Shown piece by piece: positions 39,304 through 49,726 of a stretch of DNA of 58,072 bases. This DNA is from an uncultured Candidatus Actinomarina sp. Its GTDB lineage: Bacteria > Actinomycetota > Acidimicrobiia > Actinomarinales > Actinomarinaceae. How positions within the stretch are numbered: the first letter of the stretch is position 1; each line of letters opens with the position of its first letter. Under the pieces are notes generated by a model. That model searched no databases and was not told the DNA's origin. It saw only the letters and a list, made by a program, of their open reading frames with translations. Both the position numbers and the translations under genes were made by a program. The stretch spans positions 1 through 58,072 of the forward strand of contig CACFFJ010000005.1 in assembly GCA_902565645.1 (NCBI GenBank), written 5' to 3'.

Positions 39304-40652
39304 CTAACTAATTTCCTTAAAAATTAAGGCAGAATATGAAGGCATATTTGATATTCTGATTTTATTTTTTTTATAATCAACATCTTTATGCCCCCAAACT
39401 AGTTCGATATCTTTTGAATCTGTATTTATATTCCATTCTTTAAGTTCAGAATCTTTATTTATAAGACAAATTAAAGTTTCAGAATCATCATATCTCTTAA
39501 ATGCGACTGCTGAATCTTTATAACCAATGAGTTCAAATTTTCCACTTTTTAATGCACTAAGTTCTGATTTAAGATTCATAAGTTCTTTGTACCAATTTCT
39601 TAAATCTTTATTCCATGAATCTTCATCATGCCAAGGAAATGCTTCTCTATTTGAAGGTTCATCTCCACCATTAAGCCCAACTTCATCACCATAATAAATA
39701 CCAGCAACACCAGGAAAAGTAGCTTGAAGGAAAACAGCTGATTTTAAAGATCCAATGTTGTTATCAGACCTATTTAAGAATCTTCTAACATCATGCGAAC
39801 TCAGTAAATTTTGACAACATGATAATGCTTCAAAAGAATACATTGTGTAAAGACCAACTAAACCTTCAGCAAACTCTTTAGCTGTGATCGAATTATGAGC
39901 AAAATAATCATTCATTAATTCTCTAAATGAATAATTCATTGGAGAATCAAATTTGTCACCCTGAAGCCATAATGATGAATACTTGTTGAAAGGAATATAG
40001 GGTTTAAATATATAATATTTACACCTAATTCATCTAAGTAGTCTAGTTTTTCAATAATTCCGTATAAATCTCCACCTTGATGTTCTAATCTTTTTGGAGT
40101 ACTTCCCCATTTAACTACTCCATCTTTATTGAGTTCTTCTTTGGAATTATGAAACCTATCAGGAAATATTTGGTACATAACACCGCCAAATACCCAATCT
40201 GGTATCTCATGTTTTAAAAAATTATTTTTATTAAATACCCACTTTTCAGAAGGAGAAATAAAATTTGCTACCCCACTAGTTCCAAAATATGTTCCAGATT
40301 TATTTTCAGTTGTTCCTGCGAAAGAAAATTTAAAACTATCCATTTCTACTGGAATTTCAATCTCCCAATATATAAACCTTTCTGTTGTGCCAATCTTTCT
40401 CATCTCTAAAGGCAGTAACTCTGGATTTTCTAATAAGAGCCATACTTGGTTAATTTTTGGTTCTGTATGTATCCTTATATTTGCTGAATTATCTGAATTA
40501 ATTGAGAAATATTTCTTGTCATTAAAGTCAAATCGAAAATCATAATTTCCTATATGAACATCTTCATAAGGATGTAATTCGCCATCAAAAAAAACTATTT
40601 TTTGACCATCAACATTTTCATCTGCAAAGTCAACATTATGTGTTTCTACCAT
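39304..40652 (-). pseudogene. GH13 neopullulanase/cyclomaltodextrinase-like gene with internal deletion and frameshift
   Basis: YQIFPDRF, GGDLYG, IYLNPIF..SIHHY is joined out of frame directly to WLQGDKFDSPMNY; NLLSSHD and YYGDEVG retained; conserved regions I-III absent. Confidence 0.85.
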
Positions 40653-40684
40653 ATTAAATCCAACAAATTATATATTAGCCGGTT

Positions 40685-42217
40685 ATGATATACGAACATA
40701 AGGAAAATGGAGCAGTTTTGGATATAGAAAAATCAAGTATGCTTATTCTTCATCCTACAGCCCTTCCGGGAGGGCATGGGATTGGTGATTTTGGAAAAAA
40801 TGCTTACGAATGGATTGATTTCTTAGAAGAATCTGGAGTAAGAATTTGGCAAGTTCTACCTTTTGGTCCTACTGATTTTACACAATTTTCTCCTTATTCA
40901 AGTAGTTCATCTGTTTTAGGTAATTTTGCATTAATTGATTTAAATTATCTTTCTGAACTTGAAATTATCAATAGAGATGACTTAGAGGGAGCCCCAGAAA
41001 ATAAAGCGAGAGTTGACTTTCCTAATGTTTATAAATATAAAGAGGAAAAATTAAGAAAAGCACATGAAAATTTAACAAAGTCTGATGAAAGTTCATTAAA
41101 AAATAAAATAGAAATTTATCAAAATAAAAACACTGAAATTGAGAAAGAATTAATTTTCCAAATGGCTTCATCAATTTATGGTGAAGATTGGAAAAAATGG
41201 CCGAAAGAAATGATTAATCCTACAACAGAAACTTTAAACAATTTTAAAGAAGCAAATTTTAATGAATACTCTTATCAATTATTTGTACAGTATTTATTTG
41301 ACGAACAATTAAAAAATATAAATAAATATAGTGCTAAAAAAAATGTAAAGATACTTGGAGATGTTCCTATATATACAAATTTTCATTCTTGTGATGTTTG
41401 GTTAAATAAAAATTTATTCGATCTAGAAGAAAATTATGAAATGTCAAACTTAGCTGGGGCTGCGCCTGATATTTTTACAGCAGCGGGACAAATTTGGGGT
41501 AATCCACTTTATTTATGGGAAGAACATAAAAAAGAGAACTACAAATGGTGGAAGGATAGATTGAATTCATGTTTAAATAAATATGACTTATTAAGAATTG
41601 ACCATTTTGGTGGTTTATTTCAATTTTGGGCAATTCCAAATGGTGGCCTTGGTGTTGAAGGTGTTTGGAGAAAAGGACCTGGAAAAAGTTTTCTAGATGA
41701 TATTAAAGAAGATATTCAACTAGAGAGAATTCTTGCAGAAGATTTATTTGCATTAGATCTTATTGAAATGGATGATGCGCGTGAAGATTATGATATTCCT
41801 GGAATTAGAATGTTGAATCAAAGAATTCCTCATGATAATTGGGATATAGAAATACCACCATCTGAATGGCCTTACAATTGTGCAGCATATACTGGAACTC
41901 ATGATTCTCCAACAACAAAACAATGGCTAGAAGAAACAACAGATGGTCAAAGAAAACATTTTAAAGAATGTGTAGATAATAATTTAAAGAATAAATTTGA
42001 ATCTGAAGTATGGAATGCAATATCAGTAATATGGGAAACGCCTTGTCAGCTATCTGGTACTTTAGTTCAAGATATTTTGGAATTAGGTAGTGAAGCAAGA
42101 TTTAATATCCCAGGCCAACAGTTAGGAAACTGGGGATGGAGATTAGATTCTTTGGAGCCTTTAAATAATGTAAAAGACAGATTATTTGAATTAAATAAAA
42201 AGACTGGAAGAATTTAA
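40685..42217 (+). CDS. malQ: 4-alpha-glucanotransferase (amylomaltase, GH77)
   Basis: LHPTALPG..GIGDFG, WQVLP, SPYSS, GQIWGNPLY, LRIDHF, AEDL, YTGTHD. Confidence 0.95.
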   Translation: MIYEHKENGAVLDIEKSSMLILHPTALPGGHGIGDFGKNAYEWIDFLEESGVRIWQVLPFGPTDFTQFSPYSSSSSVLGNFALIDLNYLSELEIINRDDLEGAPENKARVDFPNVYKYKEEKLRKAHENLTKSDESSLKNKIEIYQNKNTEIEKELIFQMASSIYGEDWKKWPKEMINPTTETLNNFKEANFNEYSYQLFVQYLFDEQLKNINKYSAKKNVKILGDVPIYTNFHSCDVWLNKNLFDLEENYEMSNLAGAAPDIFTAAGQIWGNPLYLWEEHKKENYKWWKDRLNSCLNKYDLLRIDHFGGLFQFWAIPNGGLGVEGVWRKGPGKSFLDDIKEDIQLERILAEDLFALDLIEMDDAREDYDIPGIRMLNQRIPHDNWDIEIPPSEWPYNCAAYTGTHDSPTTKQWLEETTDGQRKHFKECVDNNLKNKFESEVWNAISVIWETPCQLSGTLVQDILELGSEARFNIPGQQLGNWGWRLDSLEPLNNVKDRLFELNKKTGRI

Positions 42218-42508
42218 CTAATAACTGCTTTTTATATATTCAATAACTAATTCAACTTCATTTTCATTTAATCTTACAGCAGGCATTGATCCTTTTCCTT
42301 TTGTAATCGTTTGGATCCAATATGTATCTGGCATTTTAGCTGATGGTGAGTTTGAATCAATACTCGGTCCAACCCTACCTTTAAAATCTGGAGCATGACA
42401 AGCACTGCATCTTGCTTCATAAACTTCTTTTCCTGATTGAAATTCTTCAAAACCGCTTTGATTGCATCCAAACAAGAATAATAAAAGCAATAAATATATT
42501 TTTTTCAT
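42218..42508 (-). CDS. lipoprotein monoheme cytochrome c
   Basis: lipobox LFGC, CSACH heme motif, GKGSMP axial Met. Confidence 0.88.
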   Translation of the reverse strand: MKKIYLLLLLFLFGCNQSGFEEFQSGKEVYEARCSACHAPDFKGRVGPSIDSNSPSAKMPDTYWIQTITKGKGSMPAVRLNENEVELVIEYIKSSY

Positions 42509-42513
42509 TGCTG

Positions 42514-42651
42514 TTATTCTTCTTCTAAACCTGTTTTAAACTCTCTTGTAGACTTTCCTAATGATTTAGCTAATCCGGGTAGACGTTTAGCGCCAAATAA
42601 CAATAACAATATTGATAAAATAATTAGTAATTCTGGTAAACCTAATCTCAT
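42514..42651 (-). CDS. tatA: twin-arginine translocase subunit TatA (45 aa; missed by the ORF track)
   Basis: MRLGLPELLIILSILLLLFGAKRLPGLAKSLGKSTREFKTGLEEE has the TatA FG.K.LP...G.S.REFK pattern. Confidence 0.93.
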   Translation of the reverse strand: MRLGLPELLIILSILLLLFGAKRLPGLAKSLGKSTREFKTGLEEE

Positions 42652-42671
42652 AATTTAATTTTAACCTAATA

Positions 42672-43580
42672 TTACTCTTTGTTATCTTCTAAAGATTTCT
42701 TTTGTAAAAAGGAAATTAACATAGAGCCAATTAAAGAAAATATAAGAAAATATAGTATTTCTTCTATATTATCCAAGCTTGGAAGGGTTGGTCTTGTTAT
42801 AAATGGTTCAGCAACACCTTCACTGTTAACTCTACTTTCAGCAATTTCTCTAAAAGGCCAGATTTTTATTAGTGATCCAAATAAAAATCCTGCAAGTATA
42901 GATAAAACATAATCCTTATAGTTATGAAATAGATAAGAAAGGAATCTACTAAACAAAAGTAGCCCAAATAAACAACCAATCGAGAATACTAATAAAATGT
43001 CAATTTTTAATTCGTTAATAGCATTTAATATGAACTCATATTTAGAGAGTAATAATAATATAAACGATCCACTAATACCTGGTAGGATCATCGCACAGAT
43101 AGCTATTGATCCTGAAAAAAATATAAAAAAGTAATTCTCTGGAGTAGTAGTTGGACCTATTAGGGATATTAGTGAAGCTATGAAAATCCCAATTATAAGA
43201 TAACTTATAGTTGTTTCTTTAACTTGTCTTAAAATTAATATTCCTGAAAATAAAATCAGACCAAAAAAGAATCCCCATAACTTAAATTCGTGATTTACTA
43301 GTAAATAAGTTATGAAGCGAGAAAGTAACAACACTGAAGATAAAATTCCTAGTGCAATAGTAAGTAAAAAATTTCCATTTAAGTCTTTCCAAAAGGATTT
43401 GAAACCAGCTTTAAATAAAGACCTAAATAACTTAATATTTATATTCTTTATTGATTCAACAAGTTCCTCATATATTCCAGTTATAAGTGCTATCGTTCCT
43501 CCAGATACCCCTGGCAAAATATCCGCAGCACCCATTGCTAATCCTTTGAGGAATAATGTTATCTTAGAATTCATGCTCAT
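42672..43580 (-). CDS. DUF368 family membrane protein (undecaprenyl-phosphate translocase family)
   Basis: KGLAMGAADILPGVSGGTIA and AMILPGISGS repeats. Confidence 0.92.
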   Translation of the reverse strand: MSMNSKITLFLKGLAMGAADILPGVSGGTIALITGIYEELVESIKNINIKLFRSLFKAGFKSFWKDLNGNFLLTIALGILSSVLLLSRFITYLLVNHEFKLWGFFFGLILFSGILILRQVKETTISYLIIGIFIASLISLIGPTTTPENYFFIFFSGSIAICAMILPGISGSFILLLLSKYEFILNAINELKIDILLVFSIGCLFGLLLFSRFLSYLFHNYKDYVLSILAGFLFGSLIKIWPFREIAESRVNSEGVAEPFITRPTLPSLDNIEEILYFLIFSLIGSMLISFLQKKSLEDNKE

Positions 43581-44731
43581 TCATCTTTTATCTTTGGGGA
43601 AAGTAATTTATAGCCTATAGGTGAGACTGTGGCAGTTAATACTGCTAATAAAATAATCTGTTGTTCTATTGATTTCGAAATTAAATCTATCTCAACACCA
43701 ATTTCAGCCATTGCAATGATAAGACTAAACCTAGCTGATAGTAAGAAGCCTCCTGCAAAAATTTGTCTAAAGCTTACTCCTGAAAAAGCCAAAAGTAAGG
43801 TTGGTAATAATTTAACTATTATTGCAATAGCAAACAGATACATAACCCCAATATAAAATTCAGTATTTGAAAAAACACTTATGTCATAATTTAATCCAAT
43901 ATTTATAAAAAATATAGGAATCAGAAATCCATAAGAAAAACCTTTGAGACTGCTTTCCAAGCTTCCCCTGTTTGGAAAAATAAATGCGAATATTGTTCCT
44001 GCAAGAAATGCACCCAAAATTGCCTCTATTTCAAAAAGTACAGCGACACCTACAAGTGTTAACATTAACGCTATAGAACTTCTAATTCCAAGCTCCTCAG
44101 GATCATTACCGTCAAACATCCTTGAAAATAATTGTGGATTCCACCAAGCAACTCTCCTAACAATCCTTAAAATCAAAGTAACAAATATAAAATATAAGAG
44201 TACATTTAGGTTCTTTATGCCAAAACCTCCAGATCTTTCTACTGATGCAAGGACTGTTGCACCAAGCAAAGTTAAAATGTCTGAAAGTAAAGCTGTCATA
44301 AATAACATTTGTCCATAATTAGATTTGATCGTGTCATCGCTTCTTAATATTGGAATTACAATTGCAACACTTGTTGTGCATAGTACTAATCCAAGGAAAA
44401 ATGGATAATTTAATTGTGTAACTAAGAAAAATGAAATTAATACTGTCCCTGAAAACATAAGAGTCGGTAATAGAAGAGCTTTTAGCCCTTTTTCCTGAAA
44501 TTTTTCAATTTCTATCTCAAAACCAGATAAAAACATAAGAAGTAAGAAACCTAAAATTGCTAAACCTGAAATAAATTCTGAAGGACTTACTAGATTCAAT
44601 ATTGGCCCAACTAAAATTCCATAAGCAATCTCCAAAACAATTCCAGGGATTTTAATTTTGTTTGCAAATAAAGGAAGTAAGAATGCTCCTAAAGAGATTA
44701 CTACAAGAGAAATTGCATCAAAACTTTCCAT
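43577..44731 (-). CDS. cation:proton antiporter (CPA2 family)
   Basis: multi-TM; LLMFLSGFE, TTSVAIV, ILGAFLAG, FLIPIFF. Confidence 0.88.
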   Translation of the reverse strand: MESFDAISLVVISLGAFLLPLFANKIKIPGIVLEIAYGILVGPILNLVSPSEFISGLAILGFLLLMFLSGFEIEIEKFQEKGLKALLLPTLMFSGTVLISFFLVTQLNYPFFLGLVLCTTSVAIVIPILRSDDTIKSNYGQMLFMTALLSDILTLLGATVLASVERSGGFGIKNLNVLLYFIFVTLILRIVRRVAWWNPQLFSRMFDGNDPEELGIRSSIALMLTLVGVAVLFEIEAILGAFLAGTIFAFIFPNRGSLESSLKGFSYGFLIPIFFINIGLNYDISVFSNTEFYIGVMYLFAIAIIVKLLPTLLLAFSGVSFRQIFAGGFLLSARFSLIIAMAEIGVEIDLISKSIEQQIILLAVLTATVSPIGYKLLSPKIKDE

Positions 44732-44739
44732 GTTTACCT

Positions 44740-46146
44740 CTAATTTGGAATATACAATACTGTTGAGCTAGAATTTAAAGCTACAAATTCACTAATTTTT
44801 TTGGATTGCCATCCACTTGAATTATCTTTACCAACAACAGCAAGATCAAATTTACTGGAATTCTCAATAAACGTTTTTGCTTCATTTCCTTCAGAACTAA
44901 AAATATCTAATTGAGTTTCATGTGCTAACGCTATATCCTGCAGTTTTTCTAACAAATCTTTATTAGTTGCAGAGTTTTCTTGAGATAAAAATTTTGGTTG
45001 ATTCACTTTTAAGCCAAATATTTTTGCAGACATTGAAACTGCTAAGTCAAATGAAACTAAAGTAGGGCTATTTTGATTAAAATTATTACTTATAAGAATT
45101 CCAATAGTTTTAAATGGAGAACTACCTCTAGAAAATAAAACAGGGACATTTTTATTATTTGACAAGTTAATAATAGATTTTACGAAAGATTTTTTAAGAT
45201 CATCTTCATCCACAGGAATCACTAATGTCCCAATTGACAATTCTTCAATTTTGCTTTCTAGTTCTTTTAAGGAATTTTTTTGATTCTGAATAATTTGATA
45301 TTCTTGATCTTTTAATATTGCATCATATGTTTCTTGGTTTGATTCTTTATTATCTTTAAATACTTCTTCACTGGAAAAGATTATTAGTTCTTCAGCTTTT
45401 GTATTTCTTGTATAAAATTCAGCTTCACTTAAATTTTTTAAATTTTTTTCGGATTTTATAACTACTGCTACATTTTTTCCAAACTCAAGAGGGTATCTTG
45501 ATTCAGAACCTGTAAATAATTCAATCACATTCCCAAAGGCACCAGCTTGCAAAACAACAGTTACTAAATCTCCAGTTTCTAGTTCAGTATCACCATGTGG
45601 AATAAGTACCTGACCTTTTCTAAGTATTGCCCCAACAATGTAATATTTAGAACCAATTTCCTTCAATTTTTTTCCCCTTGCTGGGCTATCAGGGCTTATT
45701 TCTAATTCTATTGCTTCCGCTCTACCACCAGCAAAAGCTTGGGAAACAACTCTTCGAGGTTCCAATATATGTTCTAATCTTCTAGAAATTAAAATACCTG
45801 GATCAACAATTTCTACTTCAAGTTCTTGATATTTCTTAATAAATGATTCTTTATTTACCACTGATGAAAGTCTCAATATGTTGTTTTGTTTTGCTATTTT
45901 TAATATTTCTATATTTACTTCATCGTTTTCTGTAAGAGCTATTAGAGCAGTAGCACTCTCTATTCCAGCCTTTTTTAATACGAGTGTTGAGGTCCCATCA
46001 CCTTGATATTTTTCAATTTGTCGATTAGTTGAAAAGTTTCTTAATTTTTCCTGATCAATATCAATTACAGAAATACTCCAGCCAGCACTTATTCTATTTA
46101 TTAATTGCTTAGCTTCGCTATGAGCTCCAACTATTATTACTTTCAC
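44740..46146 (-). CDS. TrkA/RCK-domain regulatory protein with extended USP-like C-terminal region
   Basis: KVIIVGA, GDGTSTLVLKKAGI (RCK_N), IPHGDTELETGD (RCK_C); about 250 extra aa; GTG start. Confidence 0.8.
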   Translation of the reverse strand: MKVIIVGAHSEAKQLINRISAGWSISVIDIDQEKLRNFSTNRQIEKYQGDGTSTLVLKKAGIESATALIALTENDEVNIEILKIAKQNNILRLSSVVNKESFIKKYQELEVEIVDPGILISRRLEHILEPRRVVSQAFAGGRAEAIELEISPDSPARGKKLKEIGSKYYIVGAILRKGQVLIPHGDTELETGDLVTVVLQAGAFGNVIELFTGSESRYPLEFGKNVAVVIKSEKNLKNLSEAEFYTRNTKAEELIIFSSEEVFKDNKESNQETYDAILKDQEYQIIQNQKNSLKELESKIEELSIGTLVIPVDEDDLKKSFVKSIINLSNNKNVPVLFSRGSSPFKTIGILISNNFNQNSPTLVSFDLAVSMSAKIFGLKVNQPKFLSQENSATNKDLLEKLQDIALAHETQLDIFSSEGNEAKTFIENSSKFDLAVVGKDNSSGWQSKKISEFVALNSSSTVLYIPN

Positions 46147-46300
46147 GTGCTTTATTATCCTATAAATAGAATTTAGTTAAAGCACTACTTTTTTAAAAAT
46201 CTTATTTCTTAAATATATCTAACATTTACTAATTATTTCTAATTTTGAAGCCCTGTATTTATTGGCTTTCTCAATACATGAAAAAAAGGTGAGAAAAATG

Positions 46301-47395
46301 TTAATTTACATTAAACAAGAAATGCAACACATCACCTTCTTGGACTATATACTCTTTGCCTTCTGAACGGAGTTTACCAGCTTCTTTTGCACCTTTTTCT
46401 CCACCATATTCTATAAAGTCATTAAAAGTTATTGTTTCAGCACGAATAAATCCTTTTTCAAAATCACCATGTATCTTTCCTGCTGCTTGTGGTGCTAGAT
46501 CTCCTACATTTATGGTCCAAGCGCGTACCTCTTCTGGACCAGCAGTAAAATATGTTTGTAATCCTAATATTTTGTATCCAGCTTTGACTAGCTTATCCAA
46601 GCCAGATTCATTTTGACCCATCTCTGATAGGAATTCTTGTTTTGCTACGATATCTAACTTAGATATTTGAGCTTCTATTTCGGCACATATGACTACAACT
46701 TCAGAACTTTCTTTATTTGCTAAATCTAGAATCTCATCTAGATGGGGATTGTTTTCAAATCCATCTTCACTGACATTAGCAACATACAGGGTTGGTTTAA
46801 TTGTTAATAATTGAAATCCTTTTAAAAGCTTGGACTCTTCATGGTTAAAAGATATTGTTCGTAAAGCTTTACCTTCCTCAAGAGGAGGAAGAATTTTTTC
46901 TATTAATTCTCTTAAAGGCAAACCTTCTTTTTGTCCAGATTTGGTGTTTTTAATTGCTTTTTGGTAAAGTTTTTCTACGGTACTTAAATCAGCAAGTACC
47001 AATTCAGTATTAATAATTTCTATATCATTAAATGGAGAAACCTTACCTGAGACGTGTACAATGTCATCGTTTTCAAAAGCTCGGACAACGTGAATAATTG
47101 CTTCAGTTTCTCTAATGTTGCTTAAAAATTGATTACCTAATCCCTCACCTTTTGAGGCACCTTCAACAAGTCCAGCAATATCAACAAACTGCATAGCAGT
47201 GGGAATAATTTTTTTTGGATTTACTATTTTTGCTAATTCTTCTAAACGTTGATCATTAACTGGGACGATTCCTACATTTGGTTCAATTGTGCAAAATGGA
47301 TAATTTGCTGACTCAATTTCAGCTTGTGTTAGTGCATTGAATAGTGTTGACTTGCCTACATTCGGTAATCCAACAATTCCACATTTAAATCCCAT
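46301..47395 (-). CDS. ychF: ribosome-binding ATPase YchF
   Basis: [53 protein letters not shown]. Confidence 0.97.
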   Translation of the reverse strand: MGFKCGIVGLPNVGKSTLFNALTQAEIESANYPFCTIEPNVGIVPVNDQRLEELAKIVNPKKIIPTAMQFVDIAGLVEGASKGEGLGNQFLSNIRETEAIIHVVRAFENDDIVHVSGKVSPFNDIEIINTELVLADLSTVEKLYQKAIKNTKSGQKEGLPLRELIEKILPPLEEGKALRTISFNHEESKLLKGFQLLTIKPTLYVANVSEDGFENNPHLDEILDLANKESSEVVVICAEIEAQISKLDIVAKQEFLSEMGQNESGLDKLVKAGYKILGLQTYFTAGPEEVRAWTINVGDLAPQAAGKIHGDFEKGFIRAETITFNDFIEYGGEKGAKEAGKLRSEGKEYIVQEGDVLHFLFNVN

Positions 47396-47519
47396 TAATT
47401 TTTACCTCTATTTCTAATTTGAGACATAACCTTGAATATACAGTTGTTTTTTACTTAATTTTTCATATATAAAATACATCGGAAGGTTTTTTTTATTAAA
47501 GTTGACTTATGGGGGAAGT

Positions 47520-48827
47520 ATGACAGAAAAAAATAATAAAAGAACAATATTTGGTTGGTCAATGTATGACTGGGCAAAATCAGCATATGAAACAACAACA
47601 TTAGGTGCAGTAATGCCAGTATATTTCGTAAGTGTAGTTGTGCCTGCGGAAGGTTTTAACTTCAGAGGAAAACTTTACACAGGAGCAGAAGTTTGGGGCT
47701 TTGCTATTGGGTCTGCTCTTTTTATATTTTTCTTAATTATGCCAACACTTGGAGCTTTGGCAGATTTAGCAGGTTCTAGAATGAGACTATTTAAATCTTT
47801 TGCTTATGGTGGGGCTATATTTGCTTCAACTTTTTATTTCGCAACTTCAGGAGATGTAGTATTAACACTTCTTATTTATTTCCTTGCACAATTTGGAGCA
47901 ACTGGATCTAATGTTTTTTATGACAGTGTACTTAAGGATATAACTACGGAAGATACAATTGATCAAGTATCAGCAAGGGGATATGCTTTAGGGTATCTTG
48001 GTGGTGGTTTACAACTACTTTTATCATTAGCAATTATACAACTAGGACCTGGGATGTTAGGAATCGAAACTGAACTTGCTTCTCGTATTGCAATTACTTT
48101 TGCTGGCTTATGGTGGTTAGTATTTTCAATGTTTAGCTTTTCAAGAATGAAAATAGATGAAAAGAAACCTGAAGAAGGTACAAAAATTAGTGTATTAGAT
48201 GGATGGAAAACAAATATAACGACTTTGAAAAAAATAAGAAGATTTCCATTTTTATTGTATTTCCTATTAGCTTATATTTTCTATTGGGACGGAGCTCAAA
48301 CAGTTATAAATATGGCAGGTCCATTTTTTAGCGAGGTTCTTTTACTAGATCAAACTTCAATTATTATTGTCTATTTAATTGTTCAATTTATTGCTTTTGC
48401 AGGAGCTAGGTTAGCTGGTTATCTTGCAGGTAGAATTGGACAAAAAAATACATTACTTTTTACAATAACCTTGTTCTTTATTGCAGGTAATAGTGCTTTC
48501 GTTGTACCTGAAAAACAACTTATACCAGTCATAATTTTAGGAGTCGTTGTTGGATTAGGGATGGGTGGCCTACAGTCTGTTAGTAGAAGTGTTTATGCAA
48601 CTATGTTGCCTAAAGGTGCAGAAGGAGAATTCATGGGATTCTTTTCTGTAATATCTAGATTCTCAGCAATTTGGGGGCCACTTATTTATAGCTATGTAAG
48701 TGCTTCAACTGGAAACCCTAGATTATCTTTACCAGGAATATCTTTATTTTTTGTAATTGGATTTATTCTTTTAAGAAGAGTAGATATAAATTCACAAATT
48801 TCTGAAGAAGAGTGGGCAGCTAGCTAA
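47520..48827 (+). CDS. MFS transporter (Atg22/UMF1-like)
   Basis: GWSMYDWA.SA, NVFYDS, SARGYALGYLGG, SRS.YA; ATG 47520 after GGGGA. Confidence 0.88.
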   Translation: MTEKNNKRTIFGWSMYDWAKSAYETTTLGAVMPVYFVSVVVPAEGFNFRGKLYTGAEVWGFAIGSALFIFFLIMPTLGALADLAGSRMRLFKSFAYGGAIFASTFYFATSGDVVLTLLIYFLAQFGATGSNVFYDSVLKDITTEDTIDQVSARGYALGYLGGGLQLLLSLAIIQLGPGMLGIETELASRIAITFAGLWWLVFSMFSFSRMKIDEKKPEEGTKISVLDGWKTNITTLKKIRRFPFLLYFLLAYIFYWDGAQTVINMAGPFFSEVLLLDQTSIIIVYLIVQFIAFAGARLAGYLAGRIGQKNTLLFTITLFFIAGNSAFVVPEKQLIPVIILGVVVGLGMGGLQSVSRSVYATMLPKGAEGEFMGFFSVISRFSAIWGPLIYSYVSASTGNPRLSLPGISLFFVIGFILLRRVDINSQISEEEWAAS

Positions 48828-49656
48828 TCAATTTAGCTAAATTTGAATAAAGAGCTGAAACTGTAATTGGCCCAACTCCACCTGGATAAGGAGATCTGCT
48901 TAATAAATGATTTTCAAGATTACTTGTATCAATATCTCCATATGTTTGGGAGTCTACGCTCGAAATTCCGATATCAATAACAACTGAATTTTCTTTTAAA
49001 AAAGAAATGTCATAATTCTTTGGTTTACCAATTGCAGAAATAAATATATCTGCATTAAGAGTAAAACTTTTTTGATTTGTAGTTCTGCTATGAATTACTG
49101 AAACGTTAGCATTGTATTTTTTTGAACTTAATATTTTTGCTAAAGGTGAAGATACTAATCTAGACCTTCCTGCAATAACAATATTCTTATCATTAGTGTC
49201 AATATTGTAATATTTAATCAATTCCAATATAGCTAAAGATGTTGCAGGTATAATTTTATAATTATCTGAGTAGAGATTTCCTAAATTTAATGCTGTGAGT
49301 CCATCCACGTCTAAATTATTTGGAATCATATTTATTGTTTGCTCTGCATGAATATGTCTAGGAAGTGGAAGTTGAACAATTATTCCATCTGATTCTTTTA
49401 TAATTTCTTTAATTTGTGAATCTAAATCATTTTGTGATGTTTTTTCTGGTAATTTAATCCAATTAAATTCAACACCTAGGTCATTAGCCTTTTCTTCTTT
49501 CCTTGATACATACAAAAGAGAAGCTGGGTCTTCTCCAACAGTTATTGCAGTTAATTTTGGATTTCTTTTATTAGATGATTTAAATTCATCAAAAACCTTC
49601 TTACTATTCTTATCTAACTCTTCAGCTACAGGCTTCCCGTAAAGTATTATTTCCAT
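48820..49656 (-). CDS. folD: bifunctional methylenetetrahydrofolate dehydrogenase/cyclohydrolase
   Basis: VGEDPAS..YV..K, GIIVQLPLP, DVDG, GRS.LV, PGGVGP. Confidence 0.93.
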   Translation of the reverse strand: MEIILYGKPVAEELDKNSKKVFDEFKSSNKRNPKLTAITVGEDPASLLYVSRKEEKANDLGVEFNWIKLPEKTSQNDLDSQIKEIIKESDGIIVQLPLPRHIHAEQTINMIPNNLDVDGLTALNLGNLYSDNYKIIPATSLAILELIKYYNIDTNDKNIVIAGRSRLVSSPLAKILSSKKYNANVSVIHSRTTNQKSFTLNADIFISAIGKPKNYDISFLKENSVVIDIGISSVDSQTYGDIDTSNLENHLLSRSPYPGGVGPITVSALYSNLAKLIS

Positions 49657-49726
49657 CTGATTTAGTTTAATAATATTCGACTATAGTTTACATATTAAAA
49701 TTGGTTAAAATGACTTTGAAAAGAAT

